A DNA stretch of 64,000 bases from Nocardioidaceae bacterium (GTDB taxonomy: Bacteria; Actinomycetota; Actinomycetes; Propionibacteriales; Nocardioidaceae), in contig JAICXL010000005.1 in NCBI GenBank assembly GCA_025980475.1, positions 4,636-68,635 on the forward strand, read 5' to 3'. Position numbers and translations under genes: made by a program. The notes under the pieces are model-generated. The model was given only the letters and a program-made list of their open reading frames with translations, was not told the DNA's origin and did no database searches. Numbering within the stretch: the first letter of the stretch is position 1; every line of letters begins with the position of its first letter. Shown in pieces: positions 8,864 through 18,207 of this stretch.

Positions 8864-10075
8864 GTGCCCTTCCCGCCCCTCGTGGAACCCGCCGAAGAGC
8901 TCACTGTCGACGAGGTACGCCGCTACAGCCGTCACCTGATCATTCCCGACGTCGGGATGAGCGGGCAGAAGCGGCTGAAGAACTCCAAGGTGCTCGTGAT
9001 CGGGGCCGGCGGCCTCGGCAGCCCGGCGCTGCTCTACCTGGCCGCCGCGGGGGTCGGCACCCTGGGCATCATCGACTTCGACGAGGTCGACGAGTCCAAC
9101 CTGCAGCGTCAGGTGATCCACGGGCAGAGCGACATCGGGAAGTCCAAGGCCGTCTCGGCCCGGGAGTCGATCGCGGAGATCAACCCGCTGGTCGAGGTCA
9201 TCGTGCACGAGGAGCGGCTCGACAACGACAACGTGATGGCGATCTTCGAGCCCTACGACCTGATCGTCGACGGCACCGACAACTTCGCGACGCGCTACCT
9301 GGTCAACGACGCGGCGTACTTCCTCCAGAAGCCCTACATCTGGGGCTCGATCTACCGCTTCGACGGCCAGGCCAGTGTCTTCTGGCCGCACGCCCCGGGT
9401 GGGGAAGCGCCGTGCTACCGCTGCCTCTACCCCGAGCCGCCGCCGCCCGGCATGGTGCCCAGCTGCGCAGAGGGCGGCGTGCTCGGCGTGCTCTGCGCGA
9501 GCATCGGCTCGATCCAGGTCAACGAGGCGATCAAGCTGCTCACCGGGATCGGCGAGCCGCTGGTCGGCAAGCTGATGATCTACGACGCCCTGGAGATGGA
9601 GTACCGCAAGCTCCGGGTGCGCAAGGACCCCGGCTGCGCGCTGTGCGGGGAGCACCCGACCGTCACGCAGCTGATCGACTACGACACCTTCTGCGGGGCC
9701 GTCTCCACCGAGGCCGCCGACGCCGCGGCCGGCTCGACGATCTCGGTCACCGAGCTCGAGCATATGCTCAAGGAGCGCGACGAGGGCAGCCGCGACTTCG
9801 TCCTGGTCGACGTGCGCGAGCCCAACGAGTTCGAGATCAACCGGATCCCCGGCTCGATCCTGATCCCCAAGGGCGAGTTCCTCAACGGCAACGCTCTGGA
9901 GCAGCTGCCCGCGGTCGACTCGGGCAAGCAGGTCGTGCTGCACTGCAAGTCCGGGGTCAGGTCCGCCGAGGCGCTGGCCGTCGTCAAGGGCGCCGGCTAC
10001 TCCGACGCCGTGCACGTCGGCGGCGGCGTGGTGGCCTGGGTCAACCAGATCGATCCCTCGCAGCCGTCCTACTGA
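8864..10075 (+). CDS. moeZ: adenylyltransferase/sulfurtransferase MoeZ (ThiF/MoeB E1 domain plus C-terminal rhodanese)
   Basis: RYSRHLIIPDVG, GAGGLGSP nucleotide loop, CxxC pairs (CYRC, CALC), and a rhodanese active-site loop HCKSGVRS. GTG 8864 is preceded by GGAGGAG; the track start at 8603 adds an Arg-rich junk extension. Confidence 0.9.
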   Translation: MPFPPLVEPAEELTVDEVRRYSRHLIIPDVGMSGQKRLKNSKVLVIGAGGLGSPALLYLAAAGVGTLGIIDFDEVDESNLQRQVIHGQSDIGKSKAVSARESIAEINPLVEVIVHEERLDNDNVMAIFEPYDLIVDGTDNFATRYLVNDAAYFLQKPYIWGSIYRFDGQASVFWPHAPGGEAPCYRCLYPEPPPPGMVPSCAEGGVLGVLCASIGSIQVNEAIKLLTGIGEPLVGKLMIYDALEMEYRKLRVRKDPGCALCGEHPTVTQLIDYDTFCGAVSTEAADAAAGSTISVTELEHMLKERDEGSRDFVLVDVREPNEFEINRIPGSILIPKGEFLNGNALEQLPAVDSGKQVVLHCKSGVRSAEALAVVKGAGYSDAVHVGGGVVAWVNQIDPSQPSY

Positions 10076-10156
10076 CCGTCCCGGGGGCGACGGCATAACC
10101 CCCCGCCCGGTCCTGTCGTTGGCGCTTGCACCAACGTTGGATCGGAAAGGTTCACC

Positions 10157-11026
10157 ATGCGCTTCACTCGGACCCGCGCACTCCTCGCCGTCGCCGCGTC
10201 GGCCGCGATCGCCGGCGCCGGCATCGCCACGGCGCCCGCCTCGTCGGCGACGCCGACCTGGGCGCCGGCCGCGACCGCTGCCATCCACCCGGGCACCATG
10301 ATGTACACCGCCGGTGCACAGTGCACCGCGAACTTCGTCTACACCGACGGGGTCGGCAACGTCTACGTCGGCTACGCGGCACACTGCGCCGGCACGGGCT
10401 CCTCGACCGACACCAACGGCTGCACGACCAACTCGGTCCCGCTCGGAACCAAGGTCGACTTCTCCAACGACGGCAACGTGCTCTCGGAAGGCACCATCGT
10501 CGGCCACGGCACGCTGGCCTACAGCTCCTGGATCACCGAGCACCGGCTCGGCACGACCGACGCCAACACGTGTGCCTACAACGACCTGGCGCTGGTGAAG
10601 GTCGACCCCGCCGACGCCGCCAAGGTCAACCCGTCGGTGCCGTTCTGGGGTGGGCCGACCGGGATCGACACCGACGGCACCAAGGCCGGCGACCAGGTGT
10701 GGACCTACGGCAACTCCAGCCTGCGAGCCGGGATCAGCGCGTTGTCCCCGCACACCGGCATCAGCCTCGGCGACCAGGCGGCCGACGGTGGCTGGTCGCA
10801 CCCGCTCTACACCGTGACGCCGGGCATCCCGGGGGACTCCGGGTCGGGCTTCATGACCGCAGGGGGCAAGGCCGTCGGCGTGCTCTCCACGCTCGGCCTC
10901 GCCCCGCTCCCGGCCTCGAACAACATCGGGGACCTGGCCAAGGAGCTCGCCTTCGCTCAGGCGCACTCGGGCATCAGCGGGCTGCAGCTGGTCGACGGCA
11001 CCGAGCCCTTCAACCCGGTCCTCTGA
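10157..11026 (+). CDS. secreted S1 (chymotrypsin-fold) serine protease, paralogue 1
   Basis: Signal peptide, then triad contexts AAHC (His), NDLALV (Asp) and GDSGSG (Ser). Confidence 0.85.
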   Translation: MRFTRTRALLAVAASAAIAGAGIATAPASSATPTWAPAATAAIHPGTMMYTAGAQCTANFVYTDGVGNVYVGYAAHCAGTGSSTDTNGCTTNSVPLGTKVDFSNDGNVLSEGTIVGHGTLAYSSWITEHRLGTTDANTCAYNDLALVKVDPADAAKVNPSVPFWGGPTGIDTDGTKAGDQVWTYGNSSLRAGISALSPHTGISLGDQAADGGWSHPLYTVTPGIPGDSGSGFMTAGGKAVGVLSTLGLAPLPASNNIGDLAKELAFAQAHSGISGLQLVDGTEPFNPVL

Positions 11027-11043
11027 CGGGATCCGACGTCGTG

Positions 11044-11919
11044 ATGACGAGGCAGGTGCTCACCCTCCCATCCGCGCGGATGCGCCTGTCCGCACCCCGG
11101 GCGGTGACCGCCGTGCTGGTCGCCGTACTCCTGCTCGCGGGGGTCCTCGCGGCCGGCCCGGCACCCGCCGTTGCGTCGGGGCAGCGGATCGGGCCCGGCG
11201 TGCAGATGTTCACCAAGGGCGCCCAGTGCACGGCGAACTTCGTCTTCAAGGACCGTCGCGGCCGCACCTTCGTGGGCTACGCCGCGCACTGCGCGGGCAA
11301 GGGCGACTCCTCGCAGACCAACGGCTGCCACACGGCCTCGTGGCCGCTCGGCACCCGGGTCGTCTTCCGCACGGGTGCGAACCTGCTGACCGGGGGGAGC
11401 GTGCTCGGGCACGGCACGCTGCGCTACAGCTCCTGGATCGCGATGCACCGCGCGCACACCACCGGTGCGGCGACCTGCGCCTACAACGACCTCGCGCTCG
11501 TGCAGGTCGACCGCGCGGACCTGCACCTGGTCGACCCGACGGTGCCTGTCCTCGGCGGACCGACCGGTGTCGCGGATCCTCCGGCCGTGGGCCGGAAGGC
11601 CTACACGTACGGCGCTTCCTCGCTGCGGGGCGGGCAGGCCAAGCAGGGCACGGTGCAGTCCCGCGGGCGGTGGACGAGCGAGGTGTTCACGTCGTCGCCG
11701 GGCATCCCGGGTGACTCCGGCAGCGGGTTCATGACCGCAGGCGGCAAGGCCTTCGGGGTGCTGTCCACGCTGGCCGTCTTCCCCGACACCGGCAGCAACG
11801 GCGTGGGCTCACTGGCGCGTGAGATGGCCTTCGCCGCCCGGCACGGGGTCGCCGGCCTGCGGCTGGTGCACGGCCGCACGGCGTTCGCCGCGCCCGGCAC
11901 CCTGGCCGGCCTGGGCTGA
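11044..11919 (+). CDS. secreted S1 serine protease, paralogue 2
   Basis: In frame within the 10126 track ORF, with ATG 11044 (GTG 11041 is an alternative). Signal/TM segment; AAHC, NDLALV and GDSGSG retained; clearly similar to paralogue 1 by eye. Confidence 0.85.
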   Translation: MTRQVLTLPSARMRLSAPRAVTAVLVAVLLLAGVLAAGPAPAVASGQRIGPGVQMFTKGAQCTANFVFKDRRGRTFVGYAAHCAGKGDSSQTNGCHTASWPLGTRVVFRTGANLLTGGSVLGHGTLRYSSWIAMHRAHTTGAATCAYNDLALVQVDRADLHLVDPTVPVLGGPTGVADPPAVGRKAYTYGASSLRGGQAKQGTVQSRGRWTSEVFTSSPGIPGDSGSGFMTAGGKAFGVLSTLAVFPDTGSNGVGSLAREMAFAARHGVAGLRLVHGRTAFAAPGTLAGLG

Positions 11920-12036
11920 GCGCTGCCCGAACCGGGCCGGGCGCTGTCAAGGACCCGCCGGGGGTGGTCCACTCCACCGCACCGCCCAAGCGGCCTAGGG
12001 CTGGGATGAAGCGGGACGAGGTGTGACGATCTGCCC

Positions 12037-12885
12037 ATGTCCTCCGGTCTCCTGCTCCGCGCTGCCGTGCGCGTCCTCGCCGTGGTGCTGGCGCTCGTGG
12101 CGGGGGTGGTGCTGGCCGCACCGGTCGGGGTCGCCAGCTCGGCGTTCCCGGTGCCGGAGGTGGACCGGATCGGCCCGGGCGTGCAGCTGGTGACCCACGG
12201 GGTCCCGTGCACGGCCGCGTTCGCGTTCCGCGACCGGGCCGGGCGCACCTACCTCGGCTACGCCGCCCGGTGCGCAAGCCCGGCCGGGAGGCTGGCCGGC
12301 AACGGCTGCCGGCACCGGTCCTGGCCCCGCGGCACGCCGGTGCGGGTCGCGATGGACGCGGTCCGCGGCCGTCGTGGGCAGACCCTGGCCCGCGGTGTCC
12401 TGCGCTACTCCTCATGGGCGGCGATGCACCGGGCCGCGACCCATGACCTGCGCGTCTGCCGCAACAACGACTTCGCCCTGGTGCAGGTGCTCGGACGCGG
12501 CTCACGGTCGGTGAGCCCGACCCTCGACTACTGGGACGGTCCCGGCGGGGTGGGGTCGCTCCCGGCCCCCGGTGCCGCCATGTTCGGCTGCACCGGCATG
12601 GTCGCCTCCGGCGTGCGCGGCCTGAACCCGGATGTGGCCACCCTCCGGCAGACCTGGCGCTGGGGTGCCGGGATCGCGCCGGTCCGCGGCCTGCGCAGCG
12701 ACGTCGGCGCCGGCTATGTCGACGACCAGGGCCGGGCCGCCGGGATCCTGCTGGCCGCGCCCGACGGACAGCGCCGGCTGGTCGCCTCCCTGTCGCTGGC
12801 GATGCGCTTCGCCCGCCACCACGGCGTGGGTGGCCTGCGGCTGGTGCCCGGTGCCTCCCCCTTCCACCCTTCGGCGGTCGCCTGA
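12037..12885 (+). CDS. S1 protease-like paralogue 3, catalytic His and Ser replaced (pseudoprotease)
   Basis: Same architecture and block order as paralogues 1 and 2, but AAHC is AARC (Arg codon 12268-12270) and GDSGSG is SDVGAG (Val codon 12703-12705). Asp context NNDFALV is retained. Confidence 0.75.
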   Translation: MSSGLLLRAAVRVLAVVLALVAGVVLAAPVGVASSAFPVPEVDRIGPGVQLVTHGVPCTAAFAFRDRAGRTYLGYAARCASPAGRLAGNGCRHRSWPRGTPVRVAMDAVRGRRGQTLARGVLRYSSWAAMHRAATHDLRVCRNNDFALVQVLGRGSRSVSPTLDYWDGPGGVGSLPAPGAAMFGCTGMVASGVRGLNPDVATLRQTWRWGAGIAPVRGLRSDVGAGYVDDQGRAAGILLAAPDGQRRLVASLSLAMRFARHHGVGGLRLVPGASPFHPSAVA

Positions 12886-12897
12886 TCTGATCTCCTC

Positions 12898-13197
12898 GTG
12901 GTCGACCGTGAGGAGTACGTCGAGCAGGTCCTGCGCCTGGTCGAGCAGGTCCCGGCCGGGCGGGTGACGTCCTACGGGCTGATCGCCGAGGTGGTCGGTC
13001 GTGGGGGTCCTCGCCAGGTCGGCAACGTGATGGCGCGTGAGGGTGGCGGCGTGCCGTGGTGGCGCGTCGTACGAGCCGACGGCTCACTGCCGCCTTCCCA
13101 CCAGGGGGAGGCGAGGCAGCGCTACCTCGAGGAGGGCACGCCGATGCGACCCTCCGGCTCGGTGGACATGCCACGCGCCTTCTGGCAGCCGGGTTGA
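12898..13197 (+). CDS. alkyltransferase-like (ATL) protein, MGMT DNA-binding domain without acceptor Cys
   Basis: 99 aa with VPAGRVTSYG and GGVPWWRVV: the canonical PCHRV site reads PWWRV (13054-13068). Confidence 0.8.
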   Translation: MVDREEYVEQVLRLVEQVPAGRVTSYGLIAEVVGRGGPRQVGNVMAREGGGVPWWRVVRADGSLPPSHQGEARQRYLEEGTPMRPSGSVDMPRAFWQPG

Positions 13198-13221
13198 TCC
13201 ACCACGTCCGGACGCATTCGG

Positions 13222-14619
13222 TCAGCGGGGGCGGGCGCGGGTGCGGTGGGCCAGCTCGGAGAGCGCGGCGGGAAACACCTCCGCGGGCGGGGTGACCAGG
13301 CCGGCCCCGACCTGCCCGACACCGGCGACCTTGCCGGCCATACCGGTGTTGATCTGCGGCAGGATCCCGGTGCGGCAGACGCGGGTGACGTCGATGCCCG
13401 TGGCGGTGCCCTGGAAGTCGAGCACCGGGATCGTCCATCGGGGGTTCTCGCCGAGGGTGATCTCGTGCATCCGCCTGGTCGTGGCCAACGCGTCGGGCAC
13501 GCTGCCGCCGACGAAGCGCACGATCGCCGGGGCCGTGGCCATCGCGAAGCCACCGATGCCCGCGGTCTCGGTGATCGCGGAGTCACCGATGTCGGGGTTG
13601 GCGTCGTCGGGACCGTAGTCGCCGAGGTAGAGCCCGTCCGCGACCTGGGCGGGCCCGGTGAACCACTGGTCGCCGGTGCCGGCCAGCTGGATGCCGAAGT
13701 CGGTGCCGTTGCGGGACATCGCGACGACCATCGTGGACCCCTCGATGTCGCGGGCGGCGTCGAGCATCAGCTTGCAGGCAGGCATCGCCAGGTTGAGGAA
13801 GAAGTGGTCGTTGCCGCCGATGAAGCGAAGGGCGTCGGCCACCTTGGCGGGCTCGTGGCCTGACGCCACCATCGCCGGGGCGAGGTCGCGCAGCAGCATC
13901 AGGGTGCCGGCCCGGTTGCGGTTGTGCGCCTCGTCGCCCATCTGCAGCATCTGGGTCAGGATCCCGGTGACGTCGACGGGGCCGGTCGCCCGCACGGCGT
14001 CCCGCAACAGCGGACCGAGCACGGCGGACATCCAGCGCAGCCGCTCGAGGACCTCGGGTGCGTAGGCGCCGTAGCGCAGCACCTTGCCGAGGCCCTCGTT
14101 GAGCGAGCAGAAGGTACGACGGCCGGTGGCCGGGTCCTCCAGCACGTACATCCACATCGACGCGGAGACGACCCCGGCCATCGGCCCGACCGCACGGTGG
14201 TGGTGGCAGGGGTCGAGCGAGACGCCGGACCCCGACTCGAAGAGGACGACCGCAGCCTCCGGGTCGTCGACGACGCCCTCGAGCGCAGCGGCTCCCATCA
14301 GGGCTCCCCGCAGCGGGCCCGACGCGTCGGCCCAGGCGATCGGCGGACCGGCGTGCAGGAAGTCACCAGGGGCAAGACCCAGGAGCTCGCCGGCCGGCGC
14401 GACGTCGACGAGCATCGCCTGCACGTCGAGCACCGCGGCCAGCGCTCGCTCGTTGGCGTCCTTGCGCAGCGGGTCGGCGGCGACGCAGGCGAGGTCGCCC
14501 TCCGTGCCGGGCATCGGCGGCCGCCAGTCCACCCGGACCACCGGGACTGCCTGTGCCTCGACCGCGTCGGCGAGGTGGTCGGTGCCGACGGCGACGACGG
14601 ACGCGGGCGCGCTGGTCAT
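13222..14619 (-). CDS. DUF1116-family protein (YlbE/AllG-like)
   Basis: 465 aa recognised as the YlbE-type family. ATGA overlap with the upstream FdrA-like gene (14616-14619). Confidence 0.75.
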   Translation of the reverse strand: MTSAPASVVAVGTDHLADAVEAQAVPVVRVDWRPPMPGTEGDLACVAADPLRKDANERALAAVLDVQAMLVDVAPAGELLGLAPGDFLHAGPPIAWADASGPLRGALMGAAALEGVVDDPEAAVVLFESGSGVSLDPCHHHRAVGPMAGVVSASMWMYVLEDPATGRRTFCSLNEGLGKVLRYGAYAPEVLERLRWMSAVLGPLLRDAVRATGPVDVTGILTQMLQMGDEAHNRNRAGTLMLLRDLAPAMVASGHEPAKVADALRFIGGNDHFFLNLAMPACKLMLDAARDIEGSTMVVAMSRNGTDFGIQLAGTGDQWFTGPAQVADGLYLGDYGPDDANPDIGDSAITETAGIGGFAMATAPAIVRFVGGSVPDALATTRRMHEITLGENPRWTIPVLDFQGTATGIDVTRVCRTGILPQINTGMAGKVAGVGQVGAGLVTPPAEVFPAALSELAHRTRARPR

Positions 14620-16076
14620 CGGGCTCCTCCAAGGATCTCCAGGGCACGCCGGGTGGCCCCGGCGTTGGACAGGTGCACCTCGGCGCCGGCGTCGGCGAGT
14701 GCCTGCGCCTGACGGTCGAGGCCCTGCGGGTCGAGCTCGGTGCCCACGCAGCTGACCACGACGGCAGGACCCGACCGGCGCGCCCGCTCGATCGCGGGCG
14801 CGAGCCGGGAGGCGGGGTCGGACTCGGCGCCGTGGCCCAGCACCACGTCCATCAGCACCACCCCGGTGCGCGGGTCGCTGGCCACCCGGTCGAGGTGCTC
14901 GAGGCGGAGCGTCGGATCGATCATCGGGTGGGCGCGCCCGGAGGTCAGGGCGTCGTCGCCGAAGTCGACCATCAGGTGGGTATCGGCCAGCAGGTCCGTG
15001 TCGAGGGCGAGGTCGGGGGACAGCGGGATGTTGCTGCGCACCGGGCCGAGGGCCGCCGTGGCGATCAGCATCGCCTCGTCGCAGAGAGTGCCGCCGACGA
15101 AGAGGCCCCGCAGCAGGTCACCGTGCGCCTCGCCGGCGCGCCCCCAGACGGGCCAGCCGGGGAGGTCGCGGCCGAGAGCGCGCAGAGCCTGCTCCGCCGC
15201 CGCGGTCAGGTCAGGTCGTCCCTGACCCAGCAGCGCGAGCTCGACCGGCGTCGCCAGCCGGTCGGCGCAGTCGCGGACGACCTCGGCCACCTCGTCCGCG
15301 GGCGGCTTGGAGACCACCACGACGAGCTCGACGCGGGGGTCGGCGTCGAGCCGGCGCAGCGCGGCCAGCGTGGAGCGTCCGCCGATGTCGGTGGACAGGT
15401 CGCGGCCGCCGACGCCGAGCGCCGTGCCGACGCCCACGCCGGCGTGCTCCAGCAGGCAGGCGAGCTGCTGGCAGCCGGTCCCGGACGCCGCGACGATGCC
15501 GACGGGCCCAGGGGAGCAGACGTTGGCGAAGCCGAGGCCCACCCCGTCCACGACTGCGGTCCCGCAGTCGGGTCCCATCACCAGCAGGTCGCGCTCGGCC
15601 GCCACCGTCTTCAGGGCCAGCTCGTGCTCGACCGGGACGTTGTCGCTGAACACCATCACGTCATGACCGGCGTCGAGGGCATCCATGGCCTCGACCAGCG
15701 CGCTCGGACCGGGCACCGACACCAGGACCGTCCCGCCCGCGACCCGCCGCAGCGCGGCCGCGGTGGTGCGGGGCGGTGCCACGTCGGTCGGTTGCGTCGT
15801 CCGGCGCCCGGTCGCGACGAGGGCTTCGTCGACGGCGGCCAGGGCAGCGGCGAGCCGGTCCGCGGAATCCACCCGGACCGCCACCACGAGGTCGTTCGCG
15901 GTGCACTCGGGCAGCGCGAAGCCCATCTGCGAGAGCAGGTCGAGGTTGAGCGGTGTGGCCATCGCGACCTGTGCCGACTCGACACCCGGGGCCTGCTGCA
16001 CCGAGCGGCTCACCTGGAGCAGCGCGACCGAGTCGGCGTAGGCGCCGGGGCGGACCTCGACGTGGGCGTGGCTCAT
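14616..16076 (-). CDS. fdrA: FdrA-family protein (succinyl-CoA-synthetase-like fold, AllF-like)
   Basis: 486 aa with ..VSVPGPSALVEAMDALDAGHDVMVFSDNVP.. and GIVAASGTG.., typical of FdrA. ATGA overlaps on both sides. Confidence 0.8.
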   Translation of the reverse strand: MSHAHVEVRPGAYADSVALLQVSRSVQQAPGVESAQVAMATPLNLDLLSQMGFALPECTANDLVVAVRVDSADRLAAALAAVDEALVATGRRTTQPTDVAPPRTTAAALRRVAGGTVLVSVPGPSALVEAMDALDAGHDVMVFSDNVPVEHELALKTVAAERDLLVMGPDCGTAVVDGVGLGFANVCSPGPVGIVAASGTGCQQLACLLEHAGVGVGTALGVGGRDLSTDIGGRSTLAALRRLDADPRVELVVVVSKPPADEVAEVVRDCADRLATPVELALLGQGRPDLTAAAEQALRALGRDLPGWPVWGRAGEAHGDLLRGLFVGGTLCDEAMLIATAALGPVRSNIPLSPDLALDTDLLADTHLMVDFGDDALTSGRAHPMIDPTLRLEHLDRVASDPRTGVVLMDVVLGHGAESDPASRLAPAIERARRSGPAVVVSCVGTELDPQGLDRQAQALADAGAEVHLSNAGATRRALEILGGAR

Positions 16077-16861
16077 GCTTCTCCATCCTGGTGGGTCTCC
16101 TCGAGCAGCCGGCGGGCGGCGCCGAGCACGAGACCGGCTCCGGAGGTGTGGCCCACCGCGGCGAGCCGGGCTGCTGCTGCGCCGACGGCGGTTTCGTCGC
16201 CGCCCGCCAGCGCCCGCACGAGGGCAGCGAACTGCGGGATCACCTCGCCGGCAGCCGCGCAGTCGATGAGGGTGGCCGAGAGCAGGGTCGTGCGGCTCCG
16301 GGGATCGGGGAGCGGAGCCGCCGGTCGACCCAGCGCGTGGTTGGTGGCCAGCCAGCCGCAGACGACGTCGTCACCCAGCGGGGTCAGGCCCGACCCGCGG
16401 CCGAGCAGCTCGCCCAGGGGTGCCTCGAGCGCGTCGTCGAGCTCGGCCAGGGCGGTGCTGCCGGCCGCGAGCAGCGGGGCCTGCAGCTCGGCCAGGGAGC
16501 ACCGGCCGACCCGGCGCAACGAGGGCACCGAGACGTCGACCAGGCGGCCGACGAGGACCGTGGTGTCGCCCAGTCGGAGCTGGCCGTCCCCGACCCGGGC
16601 CGTGGTGGCATCGGCAAGCACGCCCAGGTGCGGAAGCGCCGTACGCAGGGCACAGGGGACGGCCGTGGCGCCCGCGGCCACCACGCCGACGCACCAGCCG
16701 TCGAGCTCGAGGTAGACCGCGTGCCGGCCTCGGTGGACGATCCTCGCGACCCGCTCCGGGCCGGCCAGACGGGCCCGCAACCGGGCCGGTGCCGCGGCGG
16801 CGACGACGGCGCGCCCGGGCCTGCCCGGGCTGGTGCACTGCACCGTTGGGGCGGCGATCAT
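16073..16861 (-). CDS. DUF2877-family protein (YlbF/AllH-like)
   Basis: Motifs GRGSGLTPLGDDVVCGWL and GHTSGAGLVLG. Internal ATG 16861 chosen because the track start at 16993 would overlap the PucR gene. TACGGT -10 lies 7 nt upstream (leaderless candidate). Confidence 0.7.
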   Translation of the reverse strand: MIAAPTVQCTSPGRPGRAVVAAAAPARLRARLAGPERVARIVHRGRHAVYLELDGWCVGVVAAGATAVPCALRTALPHLGVLADATTARVGDGQLRLGDTTVLVGRLVDVSVPSLRRVGRCSLAELQAPLLAAGSTALAELDDALEAPLGELLGRGSGLTPLGDDVVCGWLATNHALGRPAAPLPDPRSRTTLLSATLIDCAAAGEVIPQFAALVRALAGGDETAVGAAAARLAAVGHTSGAGLVLGAARRLLEETHQDGEA

Positions 16862-16914
16862 GCCTGCGACCGTATCCCCGGCGGTAGCGTTTGCCGATGT
16901 GAGGACTTGCCAGC

Positions 16915-18207
16915 GTGACCACTGAGCCCCTGCAACACTTGCCAACCGCCAGCGCCGAGGCCCTGGCGCGCATCGATGCCCTCCACTCCGCATTGACCCA
17001 GATCGTGCTCGAGGGCGGGAACCTCAGCCAGATCGCCGCCGAGGCGGCTCGGCTGCTCGACGTCGGGGTGCTGGTCACCTCCACCGACGGGCGCGAGCGG
17101 GCGGCGGCCCTGGACGACTCCGCCCGCGTGGCGCTCGACGACGAGCAGCTGTTCGAGCCGACCGGCCGCTTCCGGGTCGAGCGCGTCGGTGGCGGTGTGC
17201 TATCGGTGGGCACGGGCGAGCTGCGGATGGTGCGGGTCGCGGCGGGGGGCACCGACCTGGCCCGGTTCCTCTGCCTGCGCCGCACCGGCACGATCCCCCT
17301 CGAGGACGTGCACGCCCTCGAACGGGCCGCTGCGGTCGCGGCGCTGCTGATCACCCATGAGGAGGCGATGACCGCGGTCGAGAACAAGTACCGCGGCGAC
17401 TTCCTGCGCGATGTCTTCCTCGGTCGCGCCGGCGACGCGGCCTACGTCGCCGAGCACGCCGAGACCTTCGGCTGGGACCTCGGCCGGCCCACCGTCGTGG
17501 TGGCTGCCGAGATCGACCCCCAGACCGGTGAGGAGGAGCCGGCCTCGAGCCAGGTCCGGCGCCGGTGGCAGGAGCGGTTCGCCTATGCATGGCAGCGGGT
17601 CACCAATGCGCAGGACAAGGCGATGCCCAGCGTGGACTTCTCCTCCGAGGTGGTCACGCTGCCCGGAGTGCCCGAGGGTGCGGAGCCGACCGCGGACGCG
17701 ATGGCGATCGCCGGCAACGTCGTGGATTCCCTGGTCAGCGGGGTCGCCGGGGACAAGGGGGGAGGCAGGCGGCCGTTCTCGGTCGGCGTGAGCCGGGTCG
17801 CACGCACGATCGACGAGCTGCCGCAGGCCTACGCGCAGGCCCGCCGGGCGGTCGAGGTCGGCCGGCGCATCCACGGCGGCGGCTCGACGACGTGGTTCGA
17901 CCAGCTGGGCATCCACCGGCTGATCGCGATGGTCCCCGACGAGCGCGAGCTCGCGACCTTCGCCCGGGACGTCCTCGGCGAGCTGGCCGTCGACAGCCAC
18001 GAGGCACGCGACCTCCGCGAGACCCTGCAGGTGCTGCTCGACACCAACTTCAACGTCGCGGAGGCGGCGCGGCTGCAGTTCTTCCACTACAACACGATGC
18101 GCTACCGGGTCAGCAAGCTGGAGCGGATCCTCGGGCCGCTCGGCCACGACCCGCACCTGCGGCTCGACGTCGCGGTGGCGCTGAAGGTGCTCGAGATCCT
18201 GTCCTGA
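16915..18207 (+). CDS. PucR-family transcriptional regulator
   Basis: C-terminal PucR HTH (NVAEAARLQFFHYNTMRYRVSKLERILG). Divergent from the FdrA-type operon. Confidence 0.9.
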   Translation: MTTEPLQHLPTASAEALARIDALHSALTQIVLEGGNLSQIAAEAARLLDVGVLVTSTDGRERAAALDDSARVALDDEQLFEPTGRFRVERVGGGVLSVGTGELRMVRVAAGGTDLARFLCLRRTGTIPLEDVHALERAAAVAALLITHEEAMTAVENKYRGDFLRDVFLGRAGDAAYVAEHAETFGWDLGRPTVVVAAEIDPQTGEEEPASSQVRRRWQERFAYAWQRVTNAQDKAMPSVDFSSEVVTLPGVPEGAEPTADAMAIAGNVVDSLVSGVAGDKGGGRRPFSVGVSRVARTIDELPQAYAQARRAVEVGRRIHGGGSTTWFDQLGIHRLIAMVPDERELATFARDVLGELAVDSHEARDLRETLQVLLDTNFNVAEAARLQFFHYNTMRYRVSKLERILGPLGHDPHLRLDVAVALKVLEILS

